DNA of 64,000 nucleotides from a virus. This document shows, in pieces, positions 44,273-54,224 of the stretch (the stretch's first letter is position 1; each line of letters begins with the position of its first letter). The stretch spans positions 3,200 through 67,199 of the IMG/VR virus record IMGVR_UViG_3300015063_000002; one strand, written 5' to 3'. The notes below the pieces were generated by a model. The model was not told the origin of the DNA. It did not search any database and saw only the letters and a list, made by a program, of their open reading frames with translations. The position numbers and the translations under genes were made by a program.

Positions 44273-46443
44273 GCGCAGCCCTAAACCTAACCACTACCAC
44301 CCCCCAACAGGCTGAAACCGCCGCCCGTAGCTTTGAAGCTATACTCCGTGGCACGCCCGCCGAACGCTGGCCGATGCACTGGACAAGCCCTCAATCCCTG
44401 ATCGGATGGGGCGAGGTCTTTGCCCAGGTCGGAAAAGACCTGCCCGGCATTATAGAGAATATTCTGGCAAATAAAAAAGAGGCCGCCCAGAGTGGGCAAC
44501 CTCATACTAACAAAGAAAAACCTACCGACGACAAACCCTCTTCCCGACAGAAGCGGTCATCCTCTCCTAGCAACTCGACTGGCCCTCAACAGCAGGTCGA
44601 GTTGCAACGGGTGGATGAAAACTATCATCAAGAGGACAATCGTAAGAATGGCTCACAAGAGCCTGTACAAGACATTTTACCCGGTGGGGGAAGCCCTGCG
44701 CCACTAGGAAAAAATAAAAGGGCTAAAAGAAAAGTAGCGGCTACCGGCTTTGACTACAAGCATAGCCCGTATCGGATGGTGGCCGACCGAGCAGTTGAAG
44801 AGGCGACGAGTGGTAGGAACGATTTGCCACAGGTTGTAAAGGACGACTGTGCTATCGGGTTGGGTCTACTCATTGCCTGGTGCCTCAGCAAGCTTTATCA
44901 GGAAGTGGCAGACGGCAAATGGATGACGCTCGGTGCGAACCGAATGCGCGAAGAACTCAAAATGCGGGCGGATAGATTCAGGGTCAATCCGAAAACCGAA
45001 GAAAACCGCCAAAAGAGTATTTTCTACATACTCCAACATTTAGGCTTGATCCAGGTCGTGACAGTCGCTACGGACGCCGAAATAAAAGACGGCACGGCCA
45101 TGCCGGGTGCAATCACTTCTAGCGAATTCGACCGGCTAAAAAGTCGGGCTGGCTATCTGCTTCCAAACGAGGGCGGCGACTACCTTACCGCCCACACATT
45201 CGAGAAAAACGGGCCTAACAAAAACCATTTCTACCGACTTACCGGCCTGACCCTTACCCATGTTTTCGAGTCAGACCTGGGCCAGGCTCTTCCCCCATTC
45301 AACCCATTCGAGTCGCACCTCGTAAACCCGCCAAAAAAGGAGGAATTGAACCGAGTCATACCTATGGTACGACCGAGGTATGACTCAAACAAACCGAGTC
45401 ATACCTCTGAGGGATATGAATCACACCAGAGTCATACCTCAGACGCTAAAACTGAGCTTGGAGAGGAAATCCAGGTGCGACCGAGGTATGACTCAAGACA
45501 CCGTATTTTAAAAGATTTAAAAAAAGAAAAAAGAAAGAGGGCCTGCCGCCCCTTGAGTCGCACATCGGTTAAGAGGATGGGGGAAGAGGCTACCCAACCG
45601 GCAAGGGTAACAACAACAACAAATCACCCTCTTACCCGTAGTGAAAAGCTTGAATTGGTTAAGAGCGATACCGGCCTGAATGAAATATACGGGATTCTTG
45701 CCAATTTCCATCTTTACGTGCCGAACACCCAGCCTATCGAGATTGATACTGCCCTTGATTTGACCCTCGAAGGTTGCACTTTTGACGAAGTAAAGATCGG
45801 GGTAGGGGAGTTTATTCGCCGCCGCTCGCTACCCCAGTGGGATAAATACGACAATCTGACTGGATTTTTCATAAAGGAACTGCGGGAAGGTAAGTTCAAA
45901 CCTGAAAATATGCGACCAGCATACGATCCTAAAGCTCGGTTGGAAGCGGCCAAACGCCAGGGCCAGAACAGGCGTAAGCGGTATCAGGAAGGGCAGACCC
46001 GACCAGCCGCCCCCAAGTTTTTCCCGCTGGCTCAGGCCCACACCAACCAAAGCGATAGTCATATCCCCCAGGCTGACCAGGGCGCAACTGATCATGTTAA
46101 TGACGGCGTTGAAGAGGTTGCGTCGCTAGTACAAGCCGATCAATCTACCGACGCCAGTAACGGCATGGGGGTCGAGTTACCGCCGGTCCAGCTTTCGACC
46201 GACGAAGCTGGCCGGGAATGGGAGCGGGTAGTGGAAGACCTGGCGGGGCGGTATCGGTTAGCACCGAGCGCGTTAGAGCATTTGGGCGGCAGCCGGTTGG
46301 TGGTCGAGTCGGGTGGCCTCGTCCGGGTGGTGCTGGCCGACGAGGTTGCCCTGCGGGGGTTAGAAACTAGCGATAAAAGCACGATCAAGCTGGCGGTCAG
46401 GCAACGCCTCGGCCCTGGCTATAGTATCGAGTTTGGAGTTTAA
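44269..46443 (+). CDS. Probable phage replication initiator
   Basis: Large ORF containing an iteron-like cluster and an AT-rich tract, as in lambda O-type initiators; no family motif recognised directly. Confidence 0.55.
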   Translation: MSAALNLTTTTPQQAETAARSFEAILRGTPAERWPMHWTSPQSLIGWGEVFAQVGKDLPGIIENILANKKEAAQSGQPHTNKEKPTDDKPSSRQKRSSSPSNSTGPQQQVELQRVDENYHQEDNRKNGSQEPVQDILPGGGSPAPLGKNKRAKRKVAATGFDYKHSPYRMVADRAVEEATSGRNDLPQVVKDDCAIGLGLLIAWCLSKLYQEVADGKWMTLGANRMREELKMRADRFRVNPKTEENRQKSIFYILQHLGLIQVVTVATDAEIKDGTAMPGAITSSEFDRLKSRAGYLLPNEGGDYLTAHTFEKNGPNKNHFYRLTGLTLTHVFESDLGQALPPFNPFESHLVNPPKKEELNRVIPMVRPRYDSNKPSHTSEGYESHQSHTSDAKTELGEEIQVRPRYDSRHRILKDLKKEKRKRACRPLSRTSVKRMGEEATQPARVTTTTNHPLTRSEKLELVKSDTGLNEIYGILANFHLYVPNTQPIEIDTALDLTLEGCTFDEVKIGVGEFIRRRSLPQWDKYDNLTGFFIKELREGKFKPENMRPAYDPKARLEAAKRQGQNRRKRYQEGQTRPAAPKFFPLAQAHTNQSDSHIPQADQGATDHVNDGVEEVASLVQADQSTDASNGMGVELPPVQLSTDEAGREWERVVEDLAGRYRLAPSALEHLGGSRLVVESGGLVRVVLADEVALRGLETSDKSTIKLAVRQRLGPGYSIEFGV
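45310..45540. repeat. Iteron-like cluster and AT-rich tract (putative origin)
   Basis: GAGTCATACCT(C) at 45353, 45396, 45429; reverse complement at 45375, 45483; degenerate copies at 45310 and 45409; then TATTTTAAAAGATTTAAAAAAAGAAAAAAG. Confidence 0.7.
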
Positions 46444-46445
46444 CA

Positions 46446-46886
46446 ATGAGTAAGTATTTCGACGGGATCGGCCTGGGCCGTGCGCCCTGGGAGCGGGCCA
46501 GAGGCGCGGCTGTGCCGCCAGTGGAAGCGGACTTTGCCGAGCCAACGACTGGCCCAGCCGCGTTGCCACCACCGCCTCGTTACGAGGAAGCTCTGGCCCT
46601 CAACCGGCAGAGCTTCGGGCTACTGCTCGAAAGGGCGGCTCGGTCTGATTTAATCGGCCTGGCTCTGGCCCTTTACGACCACTGTAAAGAGATTGAGGGG
46701 GCAAAAGCCGCTCAGTCCAGTTACGTTTACATCCTCGAACGACACTTAGCCGCCCAGCAGCGTGAGGGTGGCGAGACGTGGGCGGTGGAAGTTACCCCGT
46801 CGCAACTGGGTTCGATTACCCAGGAGCCTGACGCCGGTGGGGAAAGCAAGCTGATCGACCTGGAAAAGTATCGGGCTGGCCGGTAG
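46446..46886 (+). CDS. Hypothetical protein after the initiator
   Basis: Position only. Confidence 0.55.
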   Translation: MSKYFDGIGLGRAPWERARGAAVPPVEADFAEPTTGPAALPPPPRYEEALALNRQSFGLLLERAARSDLIGLALALYDHCKEIEGAKAAQSSYVYILERHLAAQQREGGETWAVEVTPSQLGSITQEPDAGGESKLIDLEKYRAGR

Positions 46887-46918
46887 CTGAACAAATTGAT
46901 TTTGGGAAGGGGTAACAC

Positions 46919-47191
46919 ATGGCTTACTGTATTTTGTACACTGCCGTCTCAGAAATCGAGACGGACGAAAAAACCGGCGACACCGAAACCCTTTGGGGTG
47001 AGCCGACCCTTCACGAACGCTCTGAAGCGTCCCTTGCGGCTACTCAGCAATCAGCCGATTACCTGACTTACACGGCCAATGCTGAAGCCCTTGACCCGAT
47101 GGACGAAGAGTTGGAGGAATACTTCGTGGCCGGGCCGTGTGGGATGTGCCGTGAGACTTGTCCAGGTCGCAAAGATCGGGTGGCAGCTTGA
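46919..47191 (+). CDS. Hypothetical protein
   Basis: RBS and ORF. Confidence 0.5.
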   Translation: MAYCILYTAVSEIETDEKTGDTETLWGEPTLHERSEASLAATQQSADYLTYTANAEALDPMDEELEEYFVAGPCGMCRETCPGRKDRVAA

Positions 47192-47311
47192 GCAAGTTAA
47201 AAGCCCGGTCGAGTGGGGATTCGACCGGGCTTAAAGGACGAGATAGGTAAGAAATTGAAAATAATTTACGGGTAAATAATAACACATTTACCCGAAAGGA
47301 GTAACGCAATA

Positions 47312-47569
47312 ATGACAACCCAAAGTGAATCTGCGCGGCTTCAATCAGCATCAGAGCTAAACTTCCAGCCCGGCCAGCCGGTGATCTGGCACGGCACGGT
47401 TAACAAAGCCGACTTGCCCGCTACCGTCGTTCGGGTGAGCGAGAAGGGCCGGATTACTATCTCGTACTTGGAACCCCTGGCTGGTAACAATTTCGTCGAA
47501 GTGAGCGTCCCGGCGGATAAATTATCTCTGGCGGGTGTCGTTTTATCCTCGGAAGCGAAAGTGGTGTAG
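47312..47569 (+). CDS. Hypothetical protein
   Basis: RBS AAAGGAG. Confidence 0.55.
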   Translation: MTTQSESARLQSASELNFQPGQPVIWHGTVNKADLPATVVRVSEKGRITISYLEPLAGNNFVEVSVPADKLSLAGVVLSSEAKVV

Positions 47570-47571
47570 TT

Positions 47572-48807
47572 ATGACGACCTATGTGGAAAGGGAAGTAAT
47601 AACACTTAGAACAGACTTTGCCAGTGGCGGGCTATTAGACGTTGGCTACCGTTCTGCTGGCATGACGCCAGTATTTGCGGTTGAAATGGACGCAGCAAAA
47701 TGTGAAGTGTACCGGGCTAATCTGGGCGACCACATTGTATGCGCTAAAGTCGAAGACGTACTGCCAGGTCAGACGCCGGGTGAGGTGGCCGTTTATCACG
47801 CCAGCACGTCGTGTAAGAATGTTTCGATTGCCAACACGAGCGGGATTGAAACACAAGAGGATTTGTCGGCGGCCAGGGCGGTCGTTCGCAACATTAAAGC
47901 CCTTCGCCCGAAGGTTTTTACGTTCGAGAACGTTCGACAGTATGAGAAAACCCGTTCTTTTCTTTTGGTAAAGTCGGCACTTACACAGCTTGGCTACCGG
48001 GTGGCGCACCACGTTGTTTGCGCCGCCGATTACGGTGTACCTCAAACCCGCCGTCGTCTCATACTGGTGGCAACCCGCTCGGATATGCCGCTATTCGAGT
48101 GGCCTGAGCCGACCCATCACAACGGTTTCTATCTCGAAGAAACGAACCTTTTTGGGACGAAGGTGCGCCAGCCCTGGGTCGGTTGGTACGAAGCGGTGGC
48201 CGACCTCATACCGGCTCTCGAAGACGATAGATTTGCCGACTGGCAGTTAGACCGACTACCACAAGAGTTAAAAACCCTCGCACTTTTGGTGGATTGCAAG
48301 AACAATAACAAAGAGTTTAGCGCAGTGCCGCGCCCGGCCCATAAGCCTGCTCAGACTGTAGTAGCTATTGGCAGGCCCGCGAATTTGCCCAGGGCTTTCC
48401 TCGTTGACGGGCGTAACACCGACCAAAGGTGGGGGCGCGGCTACCGAGAAGATCGGTCTCCGTGTCATACCCTCACCAGGATCGACCGGCCCTCGCATAT
48501 GCCACGCGCTTTGCTCGTTGACTGTACCCACCGTACCGATGGCACTTTAACAGTGCGGGAAAAAGAAGAGTCAGCCTTTACAATAACCGCCAGTCACCTG
48601 AGACGTGAAGCGAGTACGCCCCGCGCCTGGTTGGATCAAGGCCGGATCGTCCGAATGTCGGTCAGGGCATTGGCCCGGTTTCAGTCCATGCCGGACGAGT
48701 ACCAATTCACGGGTAACAATAGTTTGGACTGCGCCGTGATCGGGGACGGCGTACCCTGTAAGTTAGCCGAGGTCTTTGGCCGCGAGATAGTGAGGTTATT
48801 TCGATGA
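47572..48807 (+). CDS. C5-cytosine DNA methyltransferase with divergent motifs
   Basis: FASGGL (I), STSC (IV), FENV (VI), YGVPQTRRR (VIII), RFQSMPD (IX), GDGVP (X). Confidence 0.85.
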   Translation: MTTYVEREVITLRTDFASGGLLDVGYRSAGMTPVFAVEMDAAKCEVYRANLGDHIVCAKVEDVLPGQTPGEVAVYHASTSCKNVSIANTSGIETQEDLSAARAVVRNIKALRPKVFTFENVRQYEKTRSFLLVKSALTQLGYRVAHHVVCAADYGVPQTRRRLILVATRSDMPLFEWPEPTHHNGFYLEETNLFGTKVRQPWVGWYEAVADLIPALEDDRFADWQLDRLPQELKTLALLVDCKNNNKEFSAVPRPAHKPAQTVVAIGRPANLPRAFLVDGRNTDQRWGRGYREDRSPCHTLTRIDRPSHMPRALLVDCTHRTDGTLTVREKEESAFTITASHLRREASTPRAWLDQGRIVRMSVRALARFQSMPDEYQFTGNNSLDCAVIGDGVPCKLAEVFGREIVRLFR

Positions 48808-49670
48808 TGGAATTACCGCAAGTTCAGCCAAAGCAGATTTTAGAATTTGAGATCGACATCGCGCTCCGTAAACGTTATTTCGTCGAACGCAGTTTCTCCC
48901 ACCCGGCAAAACTCCACCTCGGTCTACTGCGTTGGATTGTCGAGCGTTACACCCGGCCCGGTCAAACGATACTCGATCCGATGGGTGGAATTGGCTCAAC
49001 CATGCTGGCCGCCGTGATGGAGCGCAACGTGATAGTTCGGGACGTTGAAGCCGAGTGGCTTGCCCTGGCCCACGACAACGCCGCCCACATCATCCGACAA
49101 GCCGGGACATGGCTACCGCTCGGTACAATCGAGGTCGGCCAGCATGACGCCCGACTACCCTGGAACGTTTTGGCCGACCACATCGTGTTTAGCCCGCCCT
49201 ACGGTTGTGCCTTTAGCCCTAATCCACAGGCCCGGCGGATGATACTCGACAAGAAGTTACGGACGCTGGAAAAGGCCAAATATTCCCAGCGTTGGTTGCA
49301 ACTCGCCCGGCAGGTCTCGCCCGGTGCGGAGGGCAGCTTCGTTTTTTGCTATGGCACATCTGCCGACCAGATCGGTCACTGGCGTGGTCGCCGCTACTGG
49401 CAAGCAATGCGCGAAATTTATTCCAACGCTCTGGTTGCCCTTCGGCCCGGCGGTTACATGGTGCTGGTGACGAAAGACCACATTGACAACGGCCAGCACA
49501 TCCCGACCGCCGATCAGACGGTCGCACTCTGTCAGGAATTAGGTTTCATGCTCTACGAACGCCACATTCGCAAGCTGGGCCAGTTGAGCCTGTGGCAACG
49601 CCGACGGCGCGAGAATGGTCAGCCGGTGATAGAAATGGAAGATGTGTTAGTTTTTACGAAGGCAGGGTAA
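48804..49670 (+). CDS. DNA methyltransferase, N4/N6 family
   Basis: ILDPMGGIGST then FSPPY. Confidence 0.85.
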   Translation: MMELPQVQPKQILEFEIDIALRKRYFVERSFSHPAKLHLGLLRWIVERYTRPGQTILDPMGGIGSTMLAAVMERNVIVRDVEAEWLALAHDNAAHIIRQAGTWLPLGTIEVGQHDARLPWNVLADHIVFSPPYGCAFSPNPQARRMILDKKLRTLEKAKYSQRWLQLARQVSPGAEGSFVFCYGTSADQIGHWRGRRYWQAMREIYSNALVALRPGGYMVLVTKDHIDNGQHIPTADQTVALCQELGFMLYERHIRKLGQLSLWQRRRRENGQPVIEMEDVLVFTKAG

Positions 49671-49675
49671 AATGA

Positions 49676-49966
49676 ATGTTTGAACTAATCATCTCGCTCT
49701 TCTTTTCCGCCTCAGTCGCCCTCGTCCCTACCGCTGCCGCCAGTGGTTGCCCAGCCGGTCAGCCACATACCGACTTTGGCGGTGGCAAGACGGTGGTTAA
49801 CCCCAACGCACGTATTCGCATTTGTGGCGATACGAGCGTGTTAGAGAGCGGCATTTACCGGCCCTGTTCTATTCGTCCGTCGGTGGTGATCGTACTGCCG
49901 AGCCGGGTCAACATCAAACCTGGCAGTACGGTCATAACAAACTGCAATACGAGTGAGAGGAAGTGA
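49676..49966 (+). CDS. Small secreted protein
   Basis: N-terminal signal-peptide-like segment; Cys-containing mature part. Confidence 0.5.
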   Translation: MFELIISLFFSASVALVPTAAASGCPAGQPHTDFGGGKTVVNPNARIRICGDTSVLESGIYRPCSIRPSVVIVLPSRVNIKPGSTVITNCNTSERK

Positions 49967-49972
49967 CGAAGA

Positions 49973-50200
49973 ATGCCTTACCGAACTATAGAGGTTGCCT
50001 GTACGGATTGCCCACCGCTAGGAATACCTGTCCACCAAAACGACCAGTCTGAATGTTTACGTTGCAATGGTAAACGCCGATTTTTGTGGCACTATCACTA
50101 TCGGGGACCGGCCCGGCTCCGTCCAGAGGATGTCGCCGCCCTTGACGAATTTATGACGAGCGTGGCCCAGCGGAGCGGGAAAAAGAAAGTGGTCGAGTAA
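49973..50200 (+). CDS. Small Zn-ribbon protein
   Basis: CTDC...CLRC. Confidence 0.5.
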   Translation: MPYRTIEVACTDCPPLGIPVHQNDQSECLRCNGKRRFLWHYHYRGPARLRPEDVAALDEFMTSVAQRSGKKKVVE

Positions 50201-50481
50201 TGTGGGAAATCTGGCAGATGTACCTCGACTGGCAACACCGAGCCTGGCCGGTCAAGTCCGTAGCCGAGTACGAAAATCTAGTTGAGGCTCAAACAGCCTG
50301 TTTTTACATGAACATCGGCCCGACCCAGGCCCTCCAGAGTTTCGGAGCGACGCCCGGCACGCACATGGTGGCTTATTACAATTCTGAAATTGAAACTTTG
50401 TCCTCGAAGCCGCGTCCGACGAAGGTTTTTGAAGTTTGTGACTACTCCCCAGGCGTAAACGCCAGGGCATCTACCGATTGA
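50200..50481 (+). CDS. Hypothetical protein whose 3' end is replaced by IS sequence
   Basis: Runs into the element at 50438; the empty site would end ...VFEVC-stop. Confidence 0.55.
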   Translation: MWEIWQMYLDWQHRAWPVKSVAEYENLVEAQTACFYMNIGPTQALQSFGATPGTHMVAYYNSEIETLSSKPRPTKVFEVCDYSPGVNARASTD

Positions 50482-51581
50482 TTACGGACAGTCGCTAGAC
50501 CTAGACTGAGTATTACCAGGGCGGCAGCCGTGTCACGGTGCATCTGTGCCCCACACGGGCAAGAGTGCCACCGCACGCTAAGGTCTTTCTTAGCTATCGT
50601 GCCGCAATTAGGGCAGGTCTGTGAGGTCTGCCGAGGGTCAACTTTCACCACTAGACTACCGGCACTCGCAGCCTTGTACTCTAGCATGGTTATGAAGGTT
50701 GACCATCCCGCATCATTCACCGACTTGGCAAGCATGGAAGCCGCCAGCCCTTTGATGTTTAAGTCTTCTACCGCTATGAGGCTGTACTGAGTAACCAGGG
50801 AGTGAGAAAGTTTATGAGCAAAATCGAGACGTTGGTTACGCACTTTTCTAAAGGCACGGGTAACGCTTCGTTTGGCCTTGATTTTGGTGGGGTCAGTCCT
50901 GGGTTTGGTTCTGAGACGGGCAAGCTTCCTTTGCACTTTTGCCAGATGCTTCTCGGACTTACGAAAGAAACGGGGGTTGTCCACTTGCTCACCATTCGAG
51001 AGATTAGCCAGATGTTCAAGGCCGACATCGATCCCGATAGCCGGGCCGTCGTGTTGAAGGGGAGGTTCAAATTCGTACTCTACCGAGAAGACGACGTACC
51101 AGCCCAGCCCTTCCCGCTTGATAGTGGCGGTCTTAACTTTACCCAAAACCTCCCGGTGCAACTTCATTTTGAACGTACCAAGCTTGGAAAGGGTCAGTCT
51201 ATCGTTCTTCAAGCTCCAACCGCCCTGGGGGAAAGTGAAGCTATCATAACGGTTACGCCCTTGAAACCGAGGGAAACCAGCCTTAACCCCACGATTCACC
51301 CGACTAAAGAAGCCTTTGAAGGCTTTGTCTACTCGCTTCAACACGTCTTGCAAGACCTGGCTGTGTACTGCCTCAAGGTCTGGCCTGACCTCTTTAATGG
51401 CGGGAAGCTGGTTTTGTTGGTCATAGTAGCCTATGGATTTACTGACCATCCGGTAAGCGTCCCGACGTTCTTGCAGAGCCGCATTGTACAACTCCCGACA
51501 CAAATCAAGAGTATATTTAAGACCCCTTTCCTGGCCCTTGGTTGGGTACATTCGGAATTTGTATGCTCTGTGAGTTTTCAT
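50442..51581 (-). CDS. tnpB: TnpB RNA-guided nuclease
   Basis: HTH AYKFRMYPT, RuvC IGIDVG / AVEDLN / RDTAAA, Zn CPNCG...CPCG. Confidence 0.95.
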   Translation of the reverse strand: MKTHRAYKFRMYPTKGQERGLKYTLDLCRELYNAALQERRDAYRMVSKSIGYYDQQNQLPAIKEVRPDLEAVHSQVLQDVLKRVDKAFKGFFSRVNRGVKAGFPRFQGRNRYDSFTFPQGGWSLKNDRLTLSKLGTFKMKLHREVLGKVKTATIKREGLGWYVVFSVEYEFEPPLQHDGPAIGIDVGLEHLANLSNGEQVDNPRFFRKSEKHLAKVQRKLARLRTKPRTDPTKIKAKRSVTRAFRKVRNQRLDFAHKLSHSLVTQYSLIAVEDLNIKGLAASMLAKSVNDAGWSTFITMLEYKAASAGSLVVKVDPRQTSQTCPNCGTIAKKDLSVRWHSCPCGAQMHRDTAAALVILSLGLATVRNQSVDALAFTPGE

Positions 51582-51714
51582 TCTTCTTTATTCGGTCAAG
51601 TTCTGCGGCTACCAATCTATCAAGGGTGTCAACCATCTTTTCGCCAGTCAACCCGTAGATTAGCCGCAATTGCTCCAGGGTTTGCTGGTGTATTCGTATT
51701 GTTTGATATTTCAT
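51517..51714 (-). CDS. Small ribbon-helix-helix-like protein inside IS element 1
   Basis: MKYQTIRIHQQTLEQL...; lies between the left end and tnpB. Confidence 0.5.
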   Translation of the reverse strand: MKYQTIRIHQQTLEQLRLIYGLTGEKMVDTLDRLVAAELDRIKKNENSQSIQIPNVPNQGPGKGS

Positions 51715-51860
51715 TTGTAGGTATTTTACTACAAACAGAACATAATGTCAAATGCTAAACCTATATCTCGCTAACGCGAGAAGGTGTCGCTTATATCCCC
51801 ATAACTGAAGTAAGCGGGATTACGCGACCTTTGTTAAGAAAGGCCAGATGGTGTAGAGCA

Positions 51861-52262
51861 ATGCCAACGCCCAATAGCAGTAGAATTGAAGTAGTCCAGT
51901 CCGGCCCGGCCAGTCAGATTGTCTTAGACCGAGCGACTGGTCTCTATAGTGGCGTCGTGGCCGGTGTCGCCTTCGACGGTGTGAAGAACGAACGAGACGC
52001 CCTCATGTACGTTATCGAGCGGCTCAACCGTTTCGAGCTAGAGACGCTGGCCGTACTCAACGCCCTCCAACTAGCCCAGGAAGCCCACCAGGAACTAGCT
52101 ACCGCTCAGGACGCCCTGGCCCACCTCTATGTCGTCGGTCAGCGTATCGAAGCCCCCTCGGTGATGTTCCCGGCTAAAGAAGCTCTCGACAAGACTGCTG
52201 GTGGGCCGCGCCTGTTAGAAGAAGCCGTCCGCAACGCTCCCCTTCCGACGAGGCCCATTTGA
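51861..52262 (+). CDS. Hypothetical protein
   Basis: Start taken at MPTPN, after the IS left end. Confidence 0.5.
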   Translation: MPTPNSSRIEVVQSGPASQIVLDRATGLYSGVVAGVAFDGVKNERDALMYVIERLNRFELETLAVLNALQLAQEAHQELATAQDALAHLYVVGQRIEAPSVMFPAKEALDKTAGGPRLLEEAVRNAPLPTRPI

Positions 52263-52299
52263 ACTATAGATAGCTGACGCGAAAGAAGAGAGAAGCCAG

Positions 52300-54180
52300 A
52301 TGACCGCACTAACTACCACCAGTGACAAAACCGAACACGATAGCGAAAGTAGCCCGCCCCAACCGACTGCGGCGCACCTCCACCTGGCCGAGGGTCTCGA
52401 CATACCCCTCGAAGCAGCTACCCAGACCTTCGCTATTCTCGCCAAACGCGGGGTCGGCAAAACCCACACTGCCGTCGTCCTCGTCGAAGAGATGCTCAAG
52501 GCGGCTATCCAGGTTATAGTCCTCGACCCGCTTGACGTGTGGTGGGGATTGAGGTCATCCGCCGACGGCCAGCACCAGGGCCTGCCCATAGTCGTACTCG
52601 GTGGTAGCCACGCCGACCTGCCCCTCGAAGCCACTGCCGGTAGTCTCATCGCCGATCTGGTGGTCGAGGGGGATTTGTCCGTCGTTTTGTCGCTGCGTCA
52701 TTTGTCCAAGAGCGACCAGCGTCGGTTCGTCACCGACTTTTGCGAAAGGCTCTACCACCGCAAGGGGGAAGCTGCACACCGCCAACCGCTCCACCTCGTA
52801 ATAGACGAAGCTGACTCCTACGTGCCGCAGCGGGTCTTCGCTGGTCAGGAGCGCATGGTCGGCGCGGTGGACGACCTCGTGCGGCGTGGGCGGGTGAGTG
52901 GTATCGGCGTTACTCTCATTAGCCAAAGAGCCTCGGTCGTCAATAAGGACGTACTGACCCAAATCGAGGTTTTGATCGCCCTCAGAACGGTCAGCCCGCA
53001 AGACCGCAAGGCGATGGAAAGCTGGATCGAGGCTCACGACGCCTACAACCAGCGCGTAGACTTTATGAACTCTTTGGCCTCCCTGCCTATCGGGACGGCC
53101 TGGGTCTGGTCTCCCGGCTGGCTCGAAATCTTCGTCAAGGTGCAAATCCGAAAGCGTGAGACTTTCGATAGCTCGGCCACGCCGAAGGTCGGTGGGACGC
53201 TGGTCACGCCCCGCACGCTGGCCCAGGTTGACCTGGCCCAGCTTAGGGAGAGGTTGGCCGCCACTATCGAAAAGCAAAAGGCCGACGACCCTCGCGAGCT
53301 ACGCCGCCGGATTGCCAGTCTCGAAAAAGAATTGCAGAGCCGAGTGGTGGCTACCTCAACCCCGGCCCCGCCAGAGGTCAGGATTGAGCGGGTTGAGGTG
53401 GAAGTGCCAAAGCCGGTGTTTGAACCGGGTCAATTAGAGAGCCTGAGCGAGGCGGTCGAACGTCTTGCCGAGGTCGGTAACGCCCTGGTCGCCCTGGCCG
53501 GTGGTATCGGCGCGTCGGTCGAAGCGGCCCGCCGGTTGTCAGTAGCCACACCCACACCAGCACCCACGTCCCGGCCAGCTTCCACCCCAGCCCCTGCCCA
53601 AGCTCCTGCCGCCCACCGGCAGCCCAAACCAGCACCGGCGTTACTCCAAAATAGTGCTGATGTTAGCAGTAACGACGGCATTCAACCATCGTTTCATCTC
53701 AAAGCCGGTGAGAGGAAGATACTCGAAGTGTTAGCTCGCCGCTATCCCCTCAAAATGACCAGGGCGCAGATCGGGACGCTATCGGGTTTCACAACATCGG
53801 GTGGCACGTTCCAAACCTACTTTGGTACGCTTAAACGGGTGGGTTTTGTGGTCGCGGAAGGGCCGGGAGTGGGCGAGTTCGTTATCACACAGAGCGGTCT
53901 TGATTACCTCGGCCAGTCCGTTCCGACCGGGCCGAGGACGACGGACGAGTTGCAGGCCATGTGGCGGGGTTCGCTCAGGGCCGGGGAAGCTCGGATGCTG
54001 GATGAACTGATCAGGGTTTACCCGGACGGTTTGAACCGAGTGGCTCTGGGCGACCGGGCCGGGTATACCTCGTCTGGTGGTACGTTTAGCACTTATCTGG
54101 GGACGCTCAGACGTAACGGCCTGGTTGCTGTCGCAGGTGATGGGCTGGTGACGGCCAGCCCGACTTTGTTCTTGTCGTAA
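52300..54180 (+). CDS. HerA/DUF87-like P-loop ATPase with two C-terminal winged-helix repeats
   Basis: AKRGVGKT, LVIDEAD, ISQR; repeats GERKILEVL...SGGTFQTYFGTLKRVG and GEARMLDEL...SGGTFSTYLGTLRRNG. Confidence 0.8.
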   Translation: MTALTTTSDKTEHDSESSPPQPTAAHLHLAEGLDIPLEAATQTFAILAKRGVGKTHTAVVLVEEMLKAAIQVIVLDPLDVWWGLRSSADGQHQGLPIVVLGGSHADLPLEATAGSLIADLVVEGDLSVVLSLRHLSKSDQRRFVTDFCERLYHRKGEAAHRQPLHLVIDEADSYVPQRVFAGQERMVGAVDDLVRRGRVSGIGVTLISQRASVVNKDVLTQIEVLIALRTVSPQDRKAMESWIEAHDAYNQRVDFMNSLASLPIGTAWVWSPGWLEIFVKVQIRKRETFDSSATPKVGGTLVTPRTLAQVDLAQLRERLAATIEKQKADDPRELRRRIASLEKELQSRVVATSTPAPPEVRIERVEVEVPKPVFEPGQLESLSEAVERLAEVGNALVALAGGIGASVEAARRLSVATPTPAPTSRPASTPAPAQAPAAHRQPKPAPALLQNSADVSSNDGIQPSFHLKAGERKILEVLARRYPLKMTRAQIGTLSGFTTSGGTFQTYFGTLKRVGFVVAEGPGVGEFVITQSGLDYLGQSVPTGPRTTDELQAMWRGSLRAGEARMLDELIRVYPDGLNRVALGDRAGYTSSGGTFSTYLGTLRRNGLVAVAGDGLVTASPTLFLS

Positions 54181-54224
54181 GTTGGCAAGTTGGTGAGGGT
54201 TAGGAAGGAGGCACGGCTTTATCC

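Larger units (their letters stand above)
50438..51832 (-). mobile_element. TnpB-only IS200/IS605-family element 1
   Basis: Right end ...GGGGAGTAGTCAC at 50438; left-end hairpins at 51768-51832; TAM TTAAC at 51837-51833; no tnpA. Confidence 0.75.

Noticed and set aside
52755-52790. Partial gapped match to array A (GGnGAnGCnGCnCA) in the HerA gene
   Set aside because: Only five consecutive units (10 nt) match and the flanks mismatch; about one such hit is expected by chance on two strands of 64 kb.
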